Shown here: positions 61,017-64,000 of the stretch, piece after piece
Position numbering within the stretch: the stretch's first letter is position 1
Layout of the letters: each line of letters begins with the position of its first letter
Assembly: GCA_903943975.1 (NCBI GenBank)
Contig: CAJAQB010000021.1
Span: 26,697-90,696 of the forward strand
Length of the DNA: 64,000 nucleotides
DNA from: Synechococcus lacustris
GTDB taxonomy: Bacteria; Cyanobacteriota; Cyanobacteriia; PCC-6307; Cyanobiaceae
Reading direction: 5' to 3'
Translations under genes and position numbers: made by a program
Notes under the pieces: generated by a model
The model's input: only the letters and a program-made list of their open reading frames with translations
Told to the model about the DNA's origin: nothing
The model's database searches: none

Positions 61017-64000
61017 CGGCTTTCCCCTGGGTCCAGCAGCCAGGCGCCCTCGCCGCTGCGGGTGAACAGCATCACGGCCTGCACGGGGCAGGGCTCTGAA
61101 GCCGCCAGCCCCAGCCGCCGCCCCAGCCAGAGCTGCACCGCCTGGCGATAGAGCTGGGCCTGGAGCCAGTAATCCTTGGCGGCCATGATCGAGTTCACCG
61201 GTTTGTTGAGCCGGTTGGTTTTCCAGTCGAGCACCACCCACACGGCCCTGCCAGAGACCTCGCGGTGGCGGAAAACAAGATCGATCACCCCATTGAGGAA
61301 CCCCGCCGAGAGCTGGGGGCGCCGTTGACCTAGGCGCTGGGTGGCATAGGCCTGCAGCAGCGGGTTGGGATGGCGGCTCAACTGTTCCAGCGCTTCGCCA
61401 AGGATGTCCCGCTGGGGGGTCCCCTCAAAACCACTGATCGGCAGGTCGAAGGCCAGTTCCCGCACACTGTCGTGGCGGGCGAGGCTGGCCAGGTTGCTGT
61501 TGCCTAGGGGGCCGCCTAGGGGCCGTTGCAGCAATTCCACGATGGCCGGCAGCAAGGGTGCCTCCAGGCTGGGGTCCAGGCCGGAACGGGCCACGGCGGT
61601 GCGGATGATCCGCTGGCCTTCGCTGGCGGCGGGATCAGCGCTGTAATCGAGTTGTTCCAGGATTGAGTGCACCAGGGTGCCAAAGCTGGCGCCCCCGGGC
61701 AGGGCAGCCCAGGCTTCTGTTTCCCCCGGCCCGGCTTCCGCCGCTCCGGCTTCTTCATTGGGGCCCCTGTGGTCTGGGTCAAAGCCCTCCTCCTCGCGGC
61801 CGGAGTTGCTGGTGGCCCCACTGGCGGTGGCAAGAGTGCTGCTGCGTTCCACCAGGCGGCTGTAGCTCCAGCGCCCCCAGGGGGAGCGGCGGCTGGCGGC
61901 GGGCGGCGGCGGACTGGTTTCAGGGGGTATTTCTGGATTTTTTTCCGGCTGCTGTTTGGTTTCGCCGCCGTTTTCAAGGGCTGGGCTGCTGGTTGTTTCT
62001 TGATTGGCTGGCCCTGCCAGTTCAAATTGGATCCCCAGCTCCCTACAGCGACTTTCCACCTGTTGGGCCAGGGTTGGGGAGCTTTTGATTGCCTCGGCGA
62101 TCGCCCCCCAGGGGTGGTCGGCTCTGGGTTGGCGCAGCTCGGGGTGCAGCAGCCAGGCGGGCAGGCTGCCGGCGCTTTTATCGATGCGGCCCCAATCAAT
62201 GCAGAGCTGGTGTTTGGCCCGGGTGAGGGCCACATAGCCCAGCCGCAACTGTTCCTGCCAGGCCTCCCGTTGGGCCTCCAGCAACCGTTCCTGGCGGGGA
62301 CTGCTGCAGTCGCGGCGGCCCAGCTCCAGGCAGCGCCTTTGCAGTTGGGGGTCCCAGGCCCGAAAGGGAAGCTCTGCCTTGGGGCCGCCATCGGCCTGCC
62401 AGAGGGTGGGGCACCACACCAGCGGAAATTCCAGTCCCTTGCTGGCGTGCAGGGTGCTGAGGGTCACCATGGCGCCGCTGGCCACCAGCCGTTGCTGGCT
62501 GGCTTCGCCCCCAATGGTTTGCAGCCGTTGTTGATCTAGCCAGAGGCCGAGGCGGGCGGCGGCGGGGCGCCCCTGCTCCTGCCAGGCCTCCTGCAGCAGT
62601 TCGGTCAGTTGCAGCAGGTCGCTCAGCCGCTGGTCGCCCTGGGCCCAGGCCCTGCCGTTGTCTAGCAACACCTCCAGGGCCGGCAGCGGACCCAATTGGC
62701 CAAAGCGCTGGCGGGCCCGCTCCAGTTGCCCTAGCCAGTGACCCCAGCCGTTGTCGTCCCACTGGGCCAGGTCGTTGGCGCTGGCGCCGCCAATGCTGGA
62801 GAGGGCCAGGGCGGCGGCGCTGGGGCGGTGGCCTTCCCGCTCCAGGGCGCCGAGGGCGAGGCCCAGGCTGGCCGCCTCCGGGCTCTGCCAGGCATTGCCG
62901 CCGCGGCCGATGCGGGCGGGAATCCCCCGGAGCAGCAGTTCCCTTTGCAGGGCCAGGGCCTCGCTGTTGCGGCTCACCAGCACCGCCAGATCACCGGGAT
63001 TGATGGCCCGCCATTGGCCCTGCTCCTCCAGCTCCAGCCCTTGGGCCAGGCTGTTTTCCAGGTCGCTGGCCAGTTGCTGGGCCAACTGGTTGCGCAGCTG
63101 GGTGGCGGAGCTGGCTCGATCGCCCGCCGTGAGCCAGCGCAGCCGCAGGGGCGGGGCGGCTTGGCCATCGGCCTGGCGTAAACGGCTGCGCTCCACCCCC
63201 GCTGGAGCGGCCACGGCGGCATAGCTGATGCCGGAGCCGCCAAAGGCATCTCCGTTTTCAAATAATTTGTTGAGCACCGCCAGCAGGGCTGGATCGCTGC
63301 GCCGGTTTGTGGTTAGGCAGGCCCGCTTGCGGCCCGCCGCCCCCGTGGCCAGTCGATAGGTGCGGATGTCGCCGCCGCGGAAGCGGTAGATCGCCTGCTT
63401 GGGGTCGCCGATCAGGGTGAGGGGCCGGTGGCCATCAAAGAGGCTGCTGAACAGGCGCCACTGGATCGGGTCGGTGTCTTGGAATTCATCGATTAGGCAG
63501 CACTGAATCCGCTGCCGGGCCCAGCGCTGCAGTGCCGCCAGGCTTTCGGCCGCTAGCCGCGCCGGATCCACCAGTTCGAGCAGATCAGCAAAGCTCATTT
63601 GGTTTTGCTGTTGGCGCCGTTGGCGGGCCCCCTGGCGCAGCTCCCAGCTGAATTGCAGCAGCAGCTGTTCCACTGGCTCGTAGCAAAAGCGCTCGGCCAG
63701 CCCATGGATGCCCGCCGTGGGGGCCTGGTCTGGGTCGGCCAGGCAATGGCGCAGTTGGCTGGTGGCAAAGCCCTGGCAAAACAAGCGGTAGCGGCGGGCC
63801 GCCTCGGCCGCCGGCCAATGCTCAAACAGCCGTTCGGCCGCCTCGGTTTGTTCGGCCAGGCTGCCCAGTTGTTTTTTGCCGAGCTCCTTCACGGGGCTGC
63901 TGTTGCCGCCGCCCTTGCAGAGCTGGGCCACCACTGCACTGGCCTCGACCCCCTCGCGCCCCAGTTGGCCTAGGAAGCGTTGCTCCAGCTGCAGCCAGTG
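61013..64000 (-). CDS. recB: Exodeoxyribonuclease V beta subunit RecB (N-terminus lies beyond the right edge)
   Basis: UvrD-type motifs 'LIDEFQDTDPIQW', 'LIGDPKQAIYRFRGG', 'TLHASKGLEF' and 'YVALTRA'. The C-terminal PD-(D/E)xK nuclease reads 'GVIDLVF...VLDWKTN'. The frame stays open from 63934 to nt 64000. Confidence 0.88.
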   Translation of the reverse strand, partial: HWLQLEQRFLGQLGREGVEASAVVAQLCKGGGNSSPVKELGKKQLGSLAEQTEAAERLFEHWPAAEAARRYRLFCQGFATSQLRHCLADPDQAPTAGIHGLAERFCYEPVEQLLLQFSWELRQGARQRRQQQNQMSFADLLELVDPARLAAESLAALQRWARQRIQCCLIDEFQDTDPIQWRLFSSLFDGHRPLTLIGDPKQAIYRFRGGDIRTYRLATGAAGRKRACLTTNRRSDPALLAVLNKLFENGDAFGGSGISYAAVAAPAGVERSRLRQADGQAAPPLRLRWLTAGDRASSATQLRNQLAQQLASDLENSLAQGLELEEQGQWRAINPGDLAVLVSRNSEALALQRELLLRGIPARIGRGGNAWQSPEAASLGLALGALEREGHRPSAAALALSSIGGASANDLAQWDDNGWGHWLGQLERARQRFGQLGPLPALEVLLDNGRAWAQGDQRLSDLLQLTELLQEAWQEQGRPAAARLGLWLDQQRLQTIGGEASQQRLVASGAMVTLSTLHASKGLEFPLVWCPTLWQADGGPKAELPFRAWDPQLQRRCLELGRRDCSSPRQERLLEAQREAWQEQLRLGYVALTRAKHQLCIDWGRIDKSAGSLPAWLLHPELRQPRADHPWGAIAEAIKSSPTLAQQVESRCRELGIQFELAGPANQETTSSPALENGGETKQQPEKNPEIPPETSPPPPAASRRSPWGRWSYSRLVERSSTLATASGATSNSGREEEGFDPDHRGPNEEAGAAEAGPGETEAWAALPGGASFGTLVHSILEQLDYSADPAASEGQRIIRTAVARSGLDPSLEAPLLPAIVELLQRPLGGPLGNSNLASLARHDSVRELAFDLPISGFEGTPQRDILGEALEQLSRHPNPLLQAYATQRLGQRRPQLSAGFLNGVIDLVFRHREVSGRAVWVVLDWKTNRLNKPVNSIMAAKDYWLQAQLYRQAVQLWLGRRLGLAASEPCPVQAVMLFTRSGEGAWLLDPGESR

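Overview
This is a dense (roughly 90% coding), high-GC cyanobacterial chromosome segment. It most resembles a Synechococcus/Cyanobium-type picocyanobacterium: it carries SasA clock-output kinase, CyanoP/PsbP, a cyAbrB regulator, a CpcS-like protein, ClpC, and tRNA-Glu(UUC) with a G1-U72 pair. I call about 70 CDS and one tRNA. I see no rRNA, CRISPR array, transposase or integrase.

Most genes are housekeeping:
- pepN, prs, malQ, cdsA, clpC
- the lysA-cdaA-uppS-bioB-trhO run
- rlmH, lipA-recR, a DEAD-box helicase
- recB (open at the right edge) and recD

Accessory-looking or unusual parts:
1. A back-to-back HEPN/MNT + Phd/PIN toxin-antitoxin islet (2.3-3.9 kb).
2. A lower-GC AraC / alkyl-sulfatase / beta-barrel OMP island (34.9-39.1 kb), bounded by an 18-bp tandem repeat that duplicates the lipA stop region.
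3. An efflux-like cluster (42.5-49.7 kb). It has a long HlyD-type adaptor plus a tiny 2-TM protein, convergent on a five-gene operon in which a TolC-like gene is flanked by two ATGA-coupled pairs of half-size FUSC/ArAE-like membrane proteins. This is my best candidate for an undescribed system.
4. A 570-nt low-GC gene-free gap (55.1-55.7 kb) with repeats, hairpins and a Shine-Dalgarno-led 14-codon mini-ORF.
5. A ParB-like (ParBc_2) nuclease-fold gene with a small partner.

All family assignments come from reading motifs in the supplied translations. No database search was possible. Many long ORFs in the track are GC-rich shadow ORFs or 5' over-extensions, and I rejected or trimmed them.
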